A stretch of DNA of 64,000 nt from Candidatus Eiseniibacteriota bacterium (GCA_963823555.1 CAWGMA010000003.1:227614-291613); one strand, 5' to 3'. Numbered from the stretch's first letter, positions 28,429 through 38,395 are shown. The notes: generated from the sequence alone by a model not told the origin. Program-made: numbers and translations.

Positions 28429-29472
28429 ATGGTGAATTCCGTCTTGAGCCTCAAGCGCCGCGAGAGTCCGCTCGCCGATCCCCGCCACCAGCGGGAAATC
28501 CTCGCCGGGGCGAACGGTCTCCCGCGCTTCGAGGACAAGCTCCGCCGGGTCGGTCTCTGGCCCCTCCGCACCACGCAGATCCAGGTCATGCAGATCAACC
28601 TCGGCAAGCTCTGCAACCAGACCTGCCGGCATTGTCATGTCGACGCCGGTCCGGACCGCCGCGAGACAATGAGCGCGGAGACCGCCGCAGCGTGCCTGCG
28701 CGTGTTGAGCGAGACCGAGATACCGATCGTGGACCTCACCGGCGGTGCGCCGGAGCTCCATCCCGCCTTCCGCCCTCTGGTCCACGGTGCGCGAAAGCTC
28801 GGCCGTCATGTCATCGATCGCTGCAACCTCACCGTCCTCAATGTGGAGCCGCAGTCGGACCTGATCGCCTTCCTGGCCGCGAACGAGGTGGAGATCATCG
28901 CCAGCTTGCCCTATTACCAGGAGCGCCAGACCGACGCGCAGCGCGGGGATGGGGTCTTCGCGAGTTCGATCCGCGCTCTCGAGCGGCTGAATGAAGCCGG
29001 ATACGGCCGGGGGAGCGGGCTCCGCCTGACGCTCGTCACCAACCCGGTCGGCGCTTTCCTGTCGCCGCCGCAGGAGAGTGTCGCGGCCGACTTCAAGCGC
29101 GAGCTCTCCCGTCGCCACGGGATCGCCATCGACGGCGTCTACACCATCACGAACATGCCGATCAGCCGCTTCCTCGATTTCCTGATCGAGAGCGGCAACT
29201 ACGAAGGCTACATGCAACGGCTGATCGACGCCTTCAACCCCCTGGCCGCCGAGTCGGTGATGTGCCGCAGCATGATCTCCGTGGGCTGGGACGGTCAGCT
29301 CTACGACTGCGATTTCAACCAGATGCTCGAGCTACCGGTCGAAGCCGGCGCCGGCCGGGACATCCTCGATTTCGATCTCGCGCGTCACGAGGGGCGGGCG
29401 ATCGTCACTTCACGGCACTGCTTCGGCTGTATCGCCGGGGCCGGCTCGAGCTGCGGCGGAGCCACGGCCTGA
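28429..29472 (+). CDS. arsS: radical SAM / Cys-rich domain protein, ArsS (arsenosugar biosynthesis) family
   Basis: The radical SAM cluster motif is CNQTCRHC (CxxxCxxC). The C-terminal Cys-rich part reads CRSMISVGWDGQLYDCDFNQ...SRHCFGCIAGAGSSCGG. Confidence 0.75.
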   Translation: MVNSVLSLKRRESPLADPRHQREILAGANGLPRFEDKLRRVGLWPLRTTQIQVMQINLGKLCNQTCRHCHVDAGPDRRETMSAETAAACLRVLSETEIPIVDLTGGAPELHPAFRPLVHGARKLGRHVIDRCNLTVLNVEPQSDLIAFLAANEVEIIASLPYYQERQTDAQRGDGVFASSIRALERLNEAGYGRGSGLRLTLVTNPVGAFLSPPQESVAADFKRELSRRHGIAIDGVYTITNMPISRFLDFLIESGNYEGYMQRLIDAFNPLAAESVMCRSMISVGWDGQLYDCDFNQMLELPVEAGAGRDILDFDLARHEGRAIVTSRHCFGCIAGAGSSCGGATA

Positions 29473-29514
29473 GTGCGGGATGGCGTGAGCGGCGTCAGGT
29501 GCCAGATGGCGCCG

Positions 29515-30348
29515 TCAGTCGCGCGCCGAGTGGGCGAGCGCCAGCACGGCGAGCATCTCGTCGTGGATGAGCGCGTTCGAGGCGCAAACCCCCGCGGTGA
29601 CCAGGCGGAAGGCGCCGCCATCGGTCTCGGTGATCCGGCCTCCAGCCTCGCGCACGAGGAGCGCCCCGGCCGCCAGGTCCCATGGCTTGAGCCGGAGCTC
29701 CCAGAACCCATCGAAGCGGCCGCAGGCCACATAGGCGAGATCGATGGCCGCCGCTCCCGCGCGGCGGATGGCGAGGGCGCGGGTCGCGAAGCGCCCGAAG
29801 TGATCGAGATTGTTGCTGGGATTGGTGCGGATGTCGTACGGGAAACCGGTGGCGAGGAAGCCGCGGTCGAGCCGCGGCGTCGCGGAAACCTGGATCGGCG
29901 CTCCGTTCAGCGTGGCGCCGCCGCCGTGCGCCGCCGAGAAGAGCTCGCCCAGCATCGGCACGTGGACGGCTCCGGCCGCGAGCTCGCCGTTCAGCTCGGC
30001 GCCCACCGAGACGGCGAACATGGGGAAAGAGCGGGCGAAGTTGGTGGTGCCGTCGAGGGGATCGATGATCCATCGCACGCCCCGGATCACCGGCTCCCCA
30101 TCGCCGCCGCGCTCCTCGGCGAGCAAGGCATCCCCGGGCCGCTCGCCGCGAATGGCGCGCACGATGATCTCCTCCGCGGCGTGATCAGCCTCGGTGACGA
30201 GATCGATGGCCCCCTTGAGGGTGATGCGACCGCTCCTGCCGAACTGGTCGCGGAGGTAGTCGCCGGCCAGAAGCGCGGCGCGTTCGGCGAGCTCGCGGAG
30301 GGCGGCCGGAGTGGGGATGGTGATGGGCGAAGGCGCTGATTGGGACAT
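29515..30348 (-). CDS. suhB: inositol monophosphatase family protein
   Basis: Contains LVTEADHAAEE, WIIDPLDGTTNF and the WDLAAG motif (KPWDLAAGALLVREAGG). Confidence 0.8.
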   Translation of the reverse strand: MSQSAPSPITIPTPAALRELAERAALLAGDYLRDQFGRSGRITLKGAIDLVTEADHAAEEIIVRAIRGERPGDALLAEERGGDGEPVIRGVRWIIDPLDGTTNFARSFPMFAVSVGAELNGELAAGAVHVPMLGELFSAAHGGGATLNGAPIQVSATPRLDRGFLATGFPYDIRTNPSNNLDHFGRFATRALAIRRAGAAAIDLAYVACGRFDGFWELRLKPWDLAAGALLVREAGGRITETDGGAFRLVTAGVCASNALIHDEMLAVLALAHSARD

Positions 30349-30487
30349 GGATGTGTTTCTTGGCCACGGGGCTGGGCGATGGTCCTCGGCGGCGGGCCGT
30401 GATCGATGGCACCCGGGCGCCGGCCGCTGAGACTACGGAAGCCGGACCCGGGCTGCAAGCGCGGCCGACCGGCACCGGGGGACGAAG

Positions 30488-31183
30488 ATGGCACATGAGG
30501 GCGATACGCTCGCGATTCCACCGCTCACGATCGCACCCGAACTCGCGCCTCTCCTCGATCTCGGGCTCCTGACCGCAGGCGGCCTCGCGGTCGGTCCCAG
30601 CGGACCGGAGATCGCACGAGCCATCGCCGCCGTGGCGGAGGCGCATCGCACGAGGCACGCGGACCAGGCGATCGGCAACGTCCCGGGCATCGGGCCGGTC
30701 CGGCGTCTCATGAGCGCCCTCGGCACCGATCCCACCAAGAACCGGCCCTCGTCCGAGGCCCTTCTCCGCCGCGTTCTCAAGGGGCAGGGGCTCCATGCGG
30801 TGAACAATGTCGTCGACACCGTGAACCTGTGCTCGCTGCGCTGGCTCCTGCCCATGGGGCTCTATGATCATTCGGCGCTCCATGGACCGCTGCTTCTCAG
30901 GCGGGGTGCTCCCGGCGACGGCTATCCCGGGATTGGAAAGGAGCGGGTGAACCTCGAGAATCGCCCCGCTTTGTTCGACGACGGGGAGCCCTTCGGCGCC
31001 CCGACCTCGGACTCGTTCCGCACCCGAGTACACGAGGGCACCACCCGCATCTTCCTCGTCATCTACGCGCCGCGCGGGGCGGGCGTGGCGGATCTCCTCC
31101 CGCGCTGCCTCGCCGATACCCGGCAGGCGCTCGTCGATCTGTGTGGGGCCGTGCCAGGCGAGGAACGAGTGCTCGACGGGTGA
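30488..31183 (+). CDS. B3/B4 tRNA-binding domain protein
   Basis: LGTDPTKNRPSSEALLRRVLKGQGLHAVNNVVDTVNLCSLRWLLPMGLYD matches the B3_4 domain pattern. Confidence 0.65.
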   Translation: MAHEGDTLAIPPLTIAPELAPLLDLGLLTAGGLAVGPSGPEIARAIAAVAEAHRTRHADQAIGNVPGIGPVRRLMSALGTDPTKNRPSSEALLRRVLKGQGLHAVNNVVDTVNLCSLRWLLPMGLYDHSALHGPLLLRRGAPGDGYPGIGKERVNLENRPALFDDGEPFGAPTSDSFRTRVHEGTTRIFLVIYAPRGAGVADLLPRCLADTRQALVDLCGAVPGEERVLDG

Positions 31184-31198
31184 TGCTATGCTCCGGGC

Positions 31199-32605
31199 AT
31201 GCAACGACTCCTCATCGCCGGGCCGCGGAGCGGTGTCGGCAAGACCACGATCACGCTCGGGATCCTCGCCGCGCTCGTCGAACGTAAGCTGAAGGTTCAG
31301 CCGTTCAAGGTCGGCCCCGACTTCATCGACACGAGCTTCCATGCCGCGCTCACGCGCCGGCCCTGCTACAACCTCGATGGCTGGATGATGCCGGGGGATC
31401 GCCTCGATGCCACCTTCACCCGCGCGCTCCGCGGCGGTGCCGACATCGCCGTCGTCGAGGGCATGATGGGACTCTTCGACGGCGCCGGCGCCGGCGAGAG
31501 CGGAACCGCAAGCGCGGACATCGCCAAGCGACTCGGTCTGCCCGTGATCCTCGTGCTCGACGTGTTCGCCATGGCCGGCTCCGCGGGTGCCGCCGCCCTC
31601 GGCTATCGCCTCTTCGATCCCGAGGTGAACGTGGCCGGTGTCGTTCTCAATCGCGTCGTCGGCGATCGACATGCCCAGGCTTGCGCCGAGGCGCTCGCGA
31701 AGGCCGAGCTTCCCGTGCTCGGCGCGGTGCCGGCCGAGGAGCGCCTCAGGATGCCGGAGCGGCATCTCGGTCTCATCCCGGCCTGGGAGCAAACCGGAGC
31801 GGCGAAGGCCTTGCGGGAGATGGCGCTCGAGGTGGCAAGCCATCTCGATATCGATGCCATCCTGGACATCGCCACCCGGGTGCCGGCGCTCGCGGCCGCA
31901 GAGGCGGGACGCCGGCGGAACGGGGGTGCGCGGCCGGCACCGGTTCGGATCGGCATCGCCCGCGACGAAGCGTTCGGGTTCTACTATCAGGACACGCTCG
32001 ACGGGCTCATCGCCGCTGGCGCCGAACTCGTGCTCTTCTCGCCGATGCACGACGAGGAGCTGCCGGAGAATCTGGGCGGGCTCTATCTGGGCGGCGGATT
32101 TCCGGAGCGGCATCTCGATGCGCTCGAGGCCAACACGATCCTCCGCGCCGAGATCGCCGAGTCGGCGCGTTCCGGCATGCCCATCTACGCCGAATGCGGC
32201 GGGCTCATGTATCTCTGCCGCTCGATTGCCGCCGCGCGCGGGCCGCGGCGGGCGATGGTGGGGGTCCTCGACGGTCACGTGCGCATGGGTGGGCGGCAAG
32301 CGATCGCCTACGTCGACATCGATGTCGAGGTTGATACGCCGCTCGTTCCCGCCGGCAGTCACCTGCGCGGCCACGTGTTCCACAACTCGGTGGTGGAGCT
32401 TCCCGGGGAAGGCGCGCGCTTCGCCTATCGCCTCGACCCAGGGCCGGGGATCGCCGGCGTAGCCGACGGCTGGCTCGAGGGGAACGTGCTCGCGAGCTAT
32501 GTCCACCTGCCGCTTGCCGCCTATCCGGAGCTCGTCGAGCGCTGGCTCGACCGCTGTCGCGACTTCCGTGGCGGGGATGCTGCAGCACGCGACGACCGTG
32601 GTTGA
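31199..32605 (+). CDS. cbiA: cobyrinate (or related tetrapyrrole) a,c-diamide synthase
   Basis: The N-terminal ATPase part reads IAGPRSGVGKTTITLGILAAL...FKVGPDFID. The C-terminal GATase part reads IYAECGGLMYL and ends ...GHVFHNS. Confidence 0.8.
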   Translation: MQRLLIAGPRSGVGKTTITLGILAALVERKLKVQPFKVGPDFIDTSFHAALTRRPCYNLDGWMMPGDRLDATFTRALRGGADIAVVEGMMGLFDGAGAGESGTASADIAKRLGLPVILVLDVFAMAGSAGAAALGYRLFDPEVNVAGVVLNRVVGDRHAQACAEALAKAELPVLGAVPAEERLRMPERHLGLIPAWEQTGAAKALREMALEVASHLDIDAILDIATRVPALAAAEAGRRRNGGARPAPVRIGIARDEAFGFYYQDTLDGLIAAGAELVLFSPMHDEELPENLGGLYLGGGFPERHLDALEANTILRAEIAESARSGMPIYAECGGLMYLCRSIAAARGPRRAMVGVLDGHVRMGGRQAIAYVDIDVEVDTPLVPAGSHLRGHVFHNSVVELPGEGARFAYRLDPGPGIAGVADGWLEGNVLASYVHLPLAAYPELVERWLDRCRDFRGGDAAARDDRG

Positions 32606-32860
32606 CGCCGGGGCACCATGGCGAGCTGGGAAGTGCAAGCCACGAGAGCCGATGGCCCTGTCGGAAGGGGCGCTGGCCAGCCAGGCATCGAACTTGCTTC
32701 TACTCCCTGGGGCCCACCGCAAAGCCGGGAGATCGCGCCCTGGGCCGGACAGGAAGCGACCGGATCGGTCCATTCTCGACCGGGCGGTTCAACCCAGGAT
32801 GGGCTCATGGGGGCTTCGGGGGTGGAGGGAGCCCCTGATCCAGTAGAGGAGATTCGTACG

Positions 32861-33796
32861 ATGAGCGCTTGCACGTTTTCGCGCCGCTCGGCGCGCCTCT
32901 GGCCACTCGGCATCGCCTTGAGTCTCGCCGTGGCGGTCATCCTCACCGGCTGCGACGACAGCGGGGTCCTCGACACCGTCAACGAGGACGAGCTGGCACC
33001 GCCGCTCGGGCTCACGAGCATCACCGGCAACGGGGAAGTCTCGCTCATCTGGTTCACGAGCAACTTCGAGAGCGGGTTCGAAGGTTACATCGTCTTCATG
33101 CGTGAAGGGGATTACGAGACGGACCGCTCGGCGCAGCTGCCGACGGGGTTCGTCGAGGTCGACCGCATGCCGTTCGGCGCGTCCGGTGTGCAGCGGAGCA
33201 CGCTGATCGGGGGCCTCGAGAACGGCCGCACGTACAGCTTCAGCGTGTGCGCTTTCCGTGATGGTGGCGGCGAGATCAGCCTCGCGAGCAACATCATCGC
33301 CGATACCCCGCGCCCGGACATCTCGGGCATCGTGCTCGCATCCGCCTCCACGAACGACGTCATTGGCGACGACTCGCGAGCCGGGTTCGATTTCGAGGGT
33401 TTCCAGGTCGAGGCGGTTCCGCTCGATCTCGCATCGGCGAACTACACGAACAACAGCGGCACCGACATCGTGCACGAGGCCTTCGATCCAGGCGTCAACA
33501 ACACCAACATCCGCTCGTGGCTCGCCGGCATGAACGGCGGCGGCGTGCAGGATCTGGGCTGGATGGCGGACCTGGACGGCTCGAGCGTGGCTCCGATTGA
33601 CGGCTATGCCTCGACCGGCGAGTCGGTGCTCCTGACGGTCGGCCACGTGTACGCGGTCCGGACCGGCAACAACCACTATGCGAAGCTCATCGTGACGAGC
33701 ATCCAGGGGGCTCCGTCCTTCCTCGTCACGTTCAACGCGGCCTACCAGACGAAGCTCGACGAGCCCAATTACTTCCCCGCGCTCGGTATCCATTAG
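32861..33796 (+). CDS. lipoprotein with fibronectin type III-like domain
   Basis: Trimmed to MSACTFSRRSARLWPLGIALSLAVAVILTGC (lipobox) after AGAGGAG. The FN3-like part is GLTSITGNGEVSLIWF...GLENGRTYSFSVCAF. The C-terminal domain is unassigned. Confidence 0.6.
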   Translation: MSACTFSRRSARLWPLGIALSLAVAVILTGCDDSGVLDTVNEDELAPPLGLTSITGNGEVSLIWFTSNFESGFEGYIVFMREGDYETDRSAQLPTGFVEVDRMPFGASGVQRSTLIGGLENGRTYSFSVCAFRDGGGEISLASNIIADTPRPDISGIVLASASTNDVIGDDSRAGFDFEGFQVEAVPLDLASANYTNNSGTDIVHEAFDPGVNNTNIRSWLAGMNGGGVQDLGWMADLDGSSVAPIDGYASTGESVLLTVGHVYAVRTGNNHYAKLIVTSIQGAPSFLVTFNAAYQTKLDEPNYFPALGIH

Positions 33797-33818
33797 CCCG
33801 GGGGGCGCGGGCGGGAGC

Positions 33819-33857
33819 GCAGAAGGGCGGCGGGATCGATCCTGCCGCCCTCTCTGC
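33819..33857. terminator. long GC hairpin between convergent genes
   Basis: GCAGAAGGGCGGC...GCCGCCCTCTCTGC with an internal GGATC/GATCC extension. It lies between the stops at 33796 (+) and 33868 (-). Confidence 0.45.
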
Positions 33858-33867
33858 TGGTGCCCGG

Positions 33868-34290
33868 CTACTCTCCGATGATCTTCAGCAGCACCCGCTT
33901 CGGGCGCCGGCCGTCGAACTCGCCGTAGAAGATCTGCTCCCAGGGGCCGAAGTCGAGCTGTCCGTCCGTGATCGCGACCACCACCTCGCGGCCCATGATC
34001 TGCCGCTTCAGATGCGCATCCGCGTTGTCCTCGCCGGTCCTATGGTGCTGGTAGTGCTCGGGCCCGGGGCGGTAGGGAGCGAGCTCCTCGAGCCAGCGGG
34101 CGAAGTCGGCGAGAAGTCCCGACTCGTCATCGTTGATGTAGACGCTCGCGGTGATGTGCATCGAGTTGACCAGACAGAGCCCGTTCTGGACCCCGCTCGC
34201 CGCGACCGCGGCCTCCACCTGGGGCGTGATGTTCAGGAACTCGCGTTCCTTGCGGGTCGTGATCTTGAGCTCCTGGCGATGGGTCTTCAT
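33868..34290 (-). CDS. yjbQ: YjbQ/UPF0047 family protein (secondary thiamine-phosphate synthase-like)
   Basis: 140 aa. Contains ITPQVEAAV...[23 protein letters not shown]...HLKRQIMG...[13 protein letters not shown]. Confidence 0.8.
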   Translation of the reverse strand: MKTHRQELKITTRKEREFLNITPQVEAAVAASGVQNGLCLVNSMHITASVYINDDESGLLADFARWLEELAPYRPGPEHYQHHRTGEDNADAHLKRQIMGREVVVAITDGQLDFGPWEQIFYGEFDGRRPKRVLLKIIGE

Positions 34291-35141
34291 GCCGAATCGT
34301 CCTCCTCCGGCGTGGCAGGTAGCTTGAAGAACGGATCATCGAGATAGGTGTCGGTGAGATAGCGTCGGCGCCGCGGGATCATACGGCGCACCGTCCGGCG
34401 GCCGAACGCGCTCGCGATCAAGAAGGCGCGCTCGACGGTGCCGATCTCGGCGAGGGGCCGGGTGAGGATGCCGATCCGGCGCAGCCGCTCCTCGGTGACC
34501 TCCGTCGTCCGCTCGAGGAATCCCGGCAGCTGGCGGAGCACCGGATGTTCGGGATCGGCGGCGCGGGCGATGGCGCCACGGGCGAAGCGGCGCATGGCGA
34601 TCAAGCTCACCAGGTTGAGCCCGAGAAGATGCCGCGCCAGGGTCGGATCGGCGGCCACCGCGCGGCGCGTGCGCTCCTCGCCGAAGTCGACATGCCGTTC
34701 CTCCTGCTTGACCGCGTTCTCGAGCGAGCGCCGGATCCGCGGTTCGTCGATGAGATCGATGAGCGCGTAGAACACCATGAGGACGAAGCCCTCGCCCTGC
34801 GCCATCTCGAGGGCGACATGCTCCTCGAAGGCGCCGCCGATGAATCCGGTGGCGAGGAAGCGCATGAGCGGGTGCGGAGGCGTCGGCTCGACACCCAGAA
34901 TGTCGAAGATGCGGCGGATGTGGACGACGTGAGTGAGCTCCTCCACCGACTGCCGGGCGAAGAAGCGGGCGGCCGCGAAATCAGGGGCGTGATGGAGCCA
35001 GTGCCCGACCTGGATCCCCGTCACCTCCCCGTAGAGGAACTGGCTGAAGATGAAGACGAGGAGCTCGCGGTCCCGCTCGACATCGAGGCGGGCGCCGCCG
35101 AAGTCGTAGCTCATTTCCTCGCGGGTGAAGAGCATGGTCAT
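34287..35141 (-). CDS. ferritin-like di-iron carboxylate protein, function unknown
   Basis: Trimmed to [10 protein letters not shown]. Two ExxH motifs ([19 protein letters not shown]) plus upstream Glu residues ([16 protein letters not shown]) give a four-helix di-iron pattern. There are ATGA overlaps with both neighbours. Confidence 0.55.
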   Translation of the reverse strand: MTMLFTREEMSYDFGGARLDVERDRELLVFIFSQFLYGEVTGIQVGHWLHHAPDFAAARFFARQSVEELTHVVHIRRIFDILGVEPTPPHPLMRFLATGFIGGAFEEHVALEMAQGEGFVLMVFYALIDLIDEPRIRRSLENAVKQEERHVDFGEERTRRAVAADPTLARHLLGLNLVSLIAMRRFARGAIARAADPEHPVLRQLPGFLERTTEVTEERLRRIGILTRPLAEIGTVERAFLIASAFGRRTVRRMIPRRRRYLTDTYLDDPFFKLPATPEEDDSA

Positions 35142-36312
35142 CCTCGCTCGGTGGTGGCGGATCTCGGGGCTCCGGTCATGCCGGATGTCCGAAGCGCGTG
35201 GATGCCGTCCCAGGCCGTGAGCAGTCGCTCCCCGGTGGCGGCGAGCGCGGTCTCCGGTAGCCCGGCGGCGACGAGCGCCCGCTCGAGCTCGGGCCAGTCT
35301 CCGAGATGACGGACCCCGCAGGGACAGGCGGTGCTGCCCCGCGGCCGCCAGATCATCCCGTTCAGATCGCTGCCGAGCGCGATCGCCTCGGCACCGGCAA
35401 CCTGTGCCAGATGCCGGTAGTGGAGCACATAGGCATCGGTGGTGCCGGGGACGAATCCCGCGGGACGCGCAGCACGGGGGACCGCAAGCAGACGGCGCCA
35501 CAGGCTGACGCCGATCATGCCCCCGCGCGTCGCGACCGACTGCGCCTCCTCATCGGCGAGGTTGCGTTCGCCCGGGGCCAGAGCACGGCTCCCGGTGTGC
35601 GTGACCAGAAGCGGCGTCGAGTCACTCGCCGTGAGCGCGAGCACTTCCTGGAAGGCGCGATCGCTGGCATGGGCGAGATCGATCACCATTCCCAGTTGCT
35701 GCATGCGGCGCACGACCTCGGTGCCGAGCGCGGTGAGTCCGCGCTCGTTGCGCCAGATGCCGCGCGCGCGCCGGCGGCGCGTGAACCACCAGTTCGGTCC
35801 ATCGAGCGGATGGCGCGCCGCGGCCGCGGCGGCCACCGCATTGTCCCTGAGGTGGGCGAGGGTCAGGAGGCGCACCCCGGCGCCGTGGAGCGCCGCCACG
35901 TCGTCGGCCGTGGCGATGCCATGGGCGCCCTCGACGGCGAGGACCAGCGCGGTGCGACCGCTCAGGGCGATGCGCCGCGCCGCTCCGGGTCGAGCGCCAT
36001 CTCGACCTGGGCGGGATGAGCCCGGGCGAAATCGCGGACTGCGGCGGCCTGGCGCTGGATCTCCCGCAAGTGGCCCCGCCCGCGATGGAGGATCGCGGGC
36101 GAGTAGAGAGCCACGACGGCGATTCCGAAGCCACCCGCGCGCCAGCCGGCGACGGTGACCTGGTTGCGGAAGATGTCATCGGGGTCGAGCGCCACGCCGC
36201 CCCGCCCCGGGCGCCCGCGGAAGAAGAAGAGCGCTTCATCCATCAAGGCGTGGACATGGAGATCGGCGCGGGACATCGGCATCACTCGGGCTTGGGGGCG
36301 ACTGCATGACAC
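35138..36312 (-). pseudogene. M19 (membrane/renal) dipeptidase family gene with one frameshift
   Basis: The N-terminal fragment 35962..36312 reads RADLHVHALMDE...AVVALYSP. The C-terminal fragment reads ...RIALSGRTALVLAVEGAHGI...VIDLAHASDRAF...LLVTHTGSRAL...NLADEEAQSVATRGGMIGVSL. The two frames can be joined only by a 1-nt shift somewhere around 35900-35990. Confidence 0.6.
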
Positions 36313-36463
36313 GATGGCAGGGATGAAGAGGAACTCGGCCCTGGGATCTCGGTCGCCCGTCGGCGGTCGAGTCTACCAGCTCCGCGGTCTGCGGTCTCGA
36401 AGCCGAGACCCTCTCGGCCGCTCGCTCCCCGGCCCGCCCTTCCGCTACCCGCAGGAGATCGAG

Positions 36464-36472
36464 TGCTAGACT
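36464..36472 (+). promoter_or_regulatory. extended -10 like element TGcTAGACT upstream of uup-like gene
   Basis: TGCTAGACT lies about 130 nt before the ATG at 36599. Motif match only. Confidence 0.25.
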
Positions 36473-36598
36473 GGGGGCTGCTGCAAGAAGGCGTCCAGTG
36501 CAGAAGGGCCTGGCGGATTCAGTGGTGGGCGATGTCAGGGAGGCCGTTCCCGATCCCGGGTCCCGGCTTCTGATGCAGGGGAGGAGACGAGTGATCCC

Positions 36599-38395
36599 AT
36601 GGCGTTGCTCAGCCTGAACGACGTGAGCCTCACCTTCGCCGGGCCCGCCGTCCTCAACTCGGTGAATCTCCAGATTGAAGACGGGGAACGGCTCGGGCTC
36701 CTGGGGCGCAATGGCGCCGGCAAGTCGACCCTCCTCAAGGTTCTCGAGGGCACCCTCGTCCCGGACTCCGGCGAAGTGATCCGCAAGCCGGGCCTGCGCG
36801 TGGCGAGCCTCCCGCAGGACGTGCCCCCGGATCTTGCCGGTACCGTCCGCGAGTACCTGCATGATGTGTGCGGCGCGACCCGGAGCGACGCCGCATGGGA
36901 GATCGAAACCCGAATCGATCGGGCCGCGCACGACCTGACGCTCGATCTGGACGCCGCCTTCGAGGCGCTTTCCGCCGGGTCCAAGCGGCGCGTCCTGCTG
37001 GCGGCGGCCCTCGTGCGCGATCCAGATCTCCTCATCCTCGACGAGCCGACCAATCATCTCGATATCGACGCCATCCGTCACCTCGAGGAGGCGCTCAAGC
37101 GCAGGCGGGGCACGCTGGTCTTCGTCACCCACGATCGGAGCTTTCTCCGCAACCTCACCACGCGCATCCTCGATCTGGACCGCGGCGTGATCCGCAGCTA
37201 TCGCTCCACGTATGACGCCTATCTCGAGAAGCGGGAAGACGAGCTCCGCATCGAGGCGGCGCAAGACGCGCTCTTCGACAAGAAGCTGGCACAGGAGGAG
37301 GCATGGGTGCGGCGCGGAATCAAGGCGCGGCGCACGCGGAATGAGGGTCGGGTGCGGGCCCTCGAGTCCCTGCGCGCCGAGCGCCGGGCGCGTCGCGACG
37401 AGACGGGACGCGTGAAGGCGCAGCTGCAGGAGGCCGAGAGGTCCGGGCGCGTGGTGCTGCGCTGCCGGGATCTCGGGTACGCATTTGACAGCGGACCGAT
37501 CGTTCGCGGATTCACCTGGACCCTGCTGCGCGGCGATCGCGTTGGGATCCTGGGACCGAACGGGTGCGGCAAGACGACGCTGATCAGCCTGCTCCTCGGC
37601 GAGGTGCTACCCGCAGGGGGCACGGTGACCGCGGGCACCAAGCTCGAGGTCGCGCACTTCGAGCAGCTTCACGAAGGCCTCGATGATGCCAAGACCGTCC
37701 TCGAGAATGTCGCCGAAGGACGCGAGATGATCGCGGTGGGTCGCGGTGAACGCCACGTGGTGGGCTATCTGCGCGACTTCCTCTTCACACCGGACCAGAT
37801 CCAGGGTCCTGTCCTCAAACTGTCCGGCGGCGAGCGAAAGCGGCTTCGCCTGGCGAAGATCCTCGCCCGTCCCTGCAACCTCCTCGTCCTGGACGAACCA
37901 ACCAACGATCTCGATCTCGAGACGCTCGAACTGCTCGAAGATCTGCTGCTCGAGTTTCAGGGCACATTGCTCGTCGTCTCACACGACCGATCGTTCCTCG
38001 ACAACGTGGTCACCTCGACCCTCGCCTGGGAGGGCGGCGGCCAGTGGCGCGAGTACATCGGCGGCTACGAAGACTGGCTCCGCCAGCAGAAGTCCGCCGC
38101 GGCTCCGCCCGCCGCCAGGCCGGCCCGGCCGAAACCGGCGCCGGCCACGGCGCCATCGCGGCGCATCGGGTTCAAGGAAAAGCGCGAGCTGGGGGAGCTG
38201 CCGGGGAGAATCGAGAGCCTCGAGGCCGAGAGACGGAACCTCTACACGCTGATGGCGTCACCGGAGTTCTACGCGACGCGAGGAGACGAGGTCGCGTCGG
38301 CGACGCAGCAGCTGGCCACGGTCGAAGGCGAGATTCAGAAGGCCTATGCGCGGTGGATGGAGCTCGAGACCCTCATGGCCGGCGACGAGCCGTGA
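36599..38395 (+). CDS. uup: ABC-F family ATPase, Uup-like
   Basis: It has two ABC cassettes (GRNGAGKSTLL, GPNGCGKTTLI; LSGGERKRL) with no TM domain. There is an inter-domain linker and a C-terminal coiled coil (LPGRIESLEAERRNLY...GEIQKAYARWMELE). Confidence 0.8.
   Translation: MALLSLNDVSLTFAGPAVLNSVNLQIEDGERLGLLGRNGAGKSTLLKVLEGTLVPDSGEVIRKPGLRVASLPQDVPPDLAGTVREYLHDVCGATRSDAAWEIETRIDRAAHDLTLDLDAAFEALSAGSKRRVLLAAALVRDPDLLILDEPTNHLDIDAIRHLEEALKRRRGTLVFVTHDRSFLRNLTTRILDLDRGVIRSYRSTYDAYLEKREDELRIEAAQDALFDKKLAQEEAWVRRGIKARRTRNEGRVRALESLRAERRARRDETGRVKAQLQEAERSGRVVLRCRDLGYAFDSGPIVRGFTWTLLRGDRVGILGPNGCGKTTLISLLLGEVLPAGGTVTAGTKLEVAHFEQLHEGLDDAKTVLENVAEGREMIAVGRGERHVVGYLRDFLFTPDQIQGPVLKLSGGERKRLRLAKILARPCNLLVLDEPTNDLDLETLELLEDLLLEFQGTLLVVSHDRSFLDNVVTSTLAWEGGGQWREYIGGYEDWLRQQKSAAAPPAARPARPKPAPATAPSRRIGFKEKRELGELPGRIESLEAERRNLYTLMASPEFYATRGDEVASATQQLATVEGEIQKAYARWMELETLMAGDEP

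Noticed and set aside
30185-32773. 862-aa minus-strand ORF spanning suhB to cbiA
   Set aside because: Its product is R/G/P/H-rich low complexity with no recognisable motifs. It lies antisense to two plus-strand genes with clear family signatures (B3/4 domain, CbiA). This is a typical stop-poor shadow frame of GC-rich DNA.
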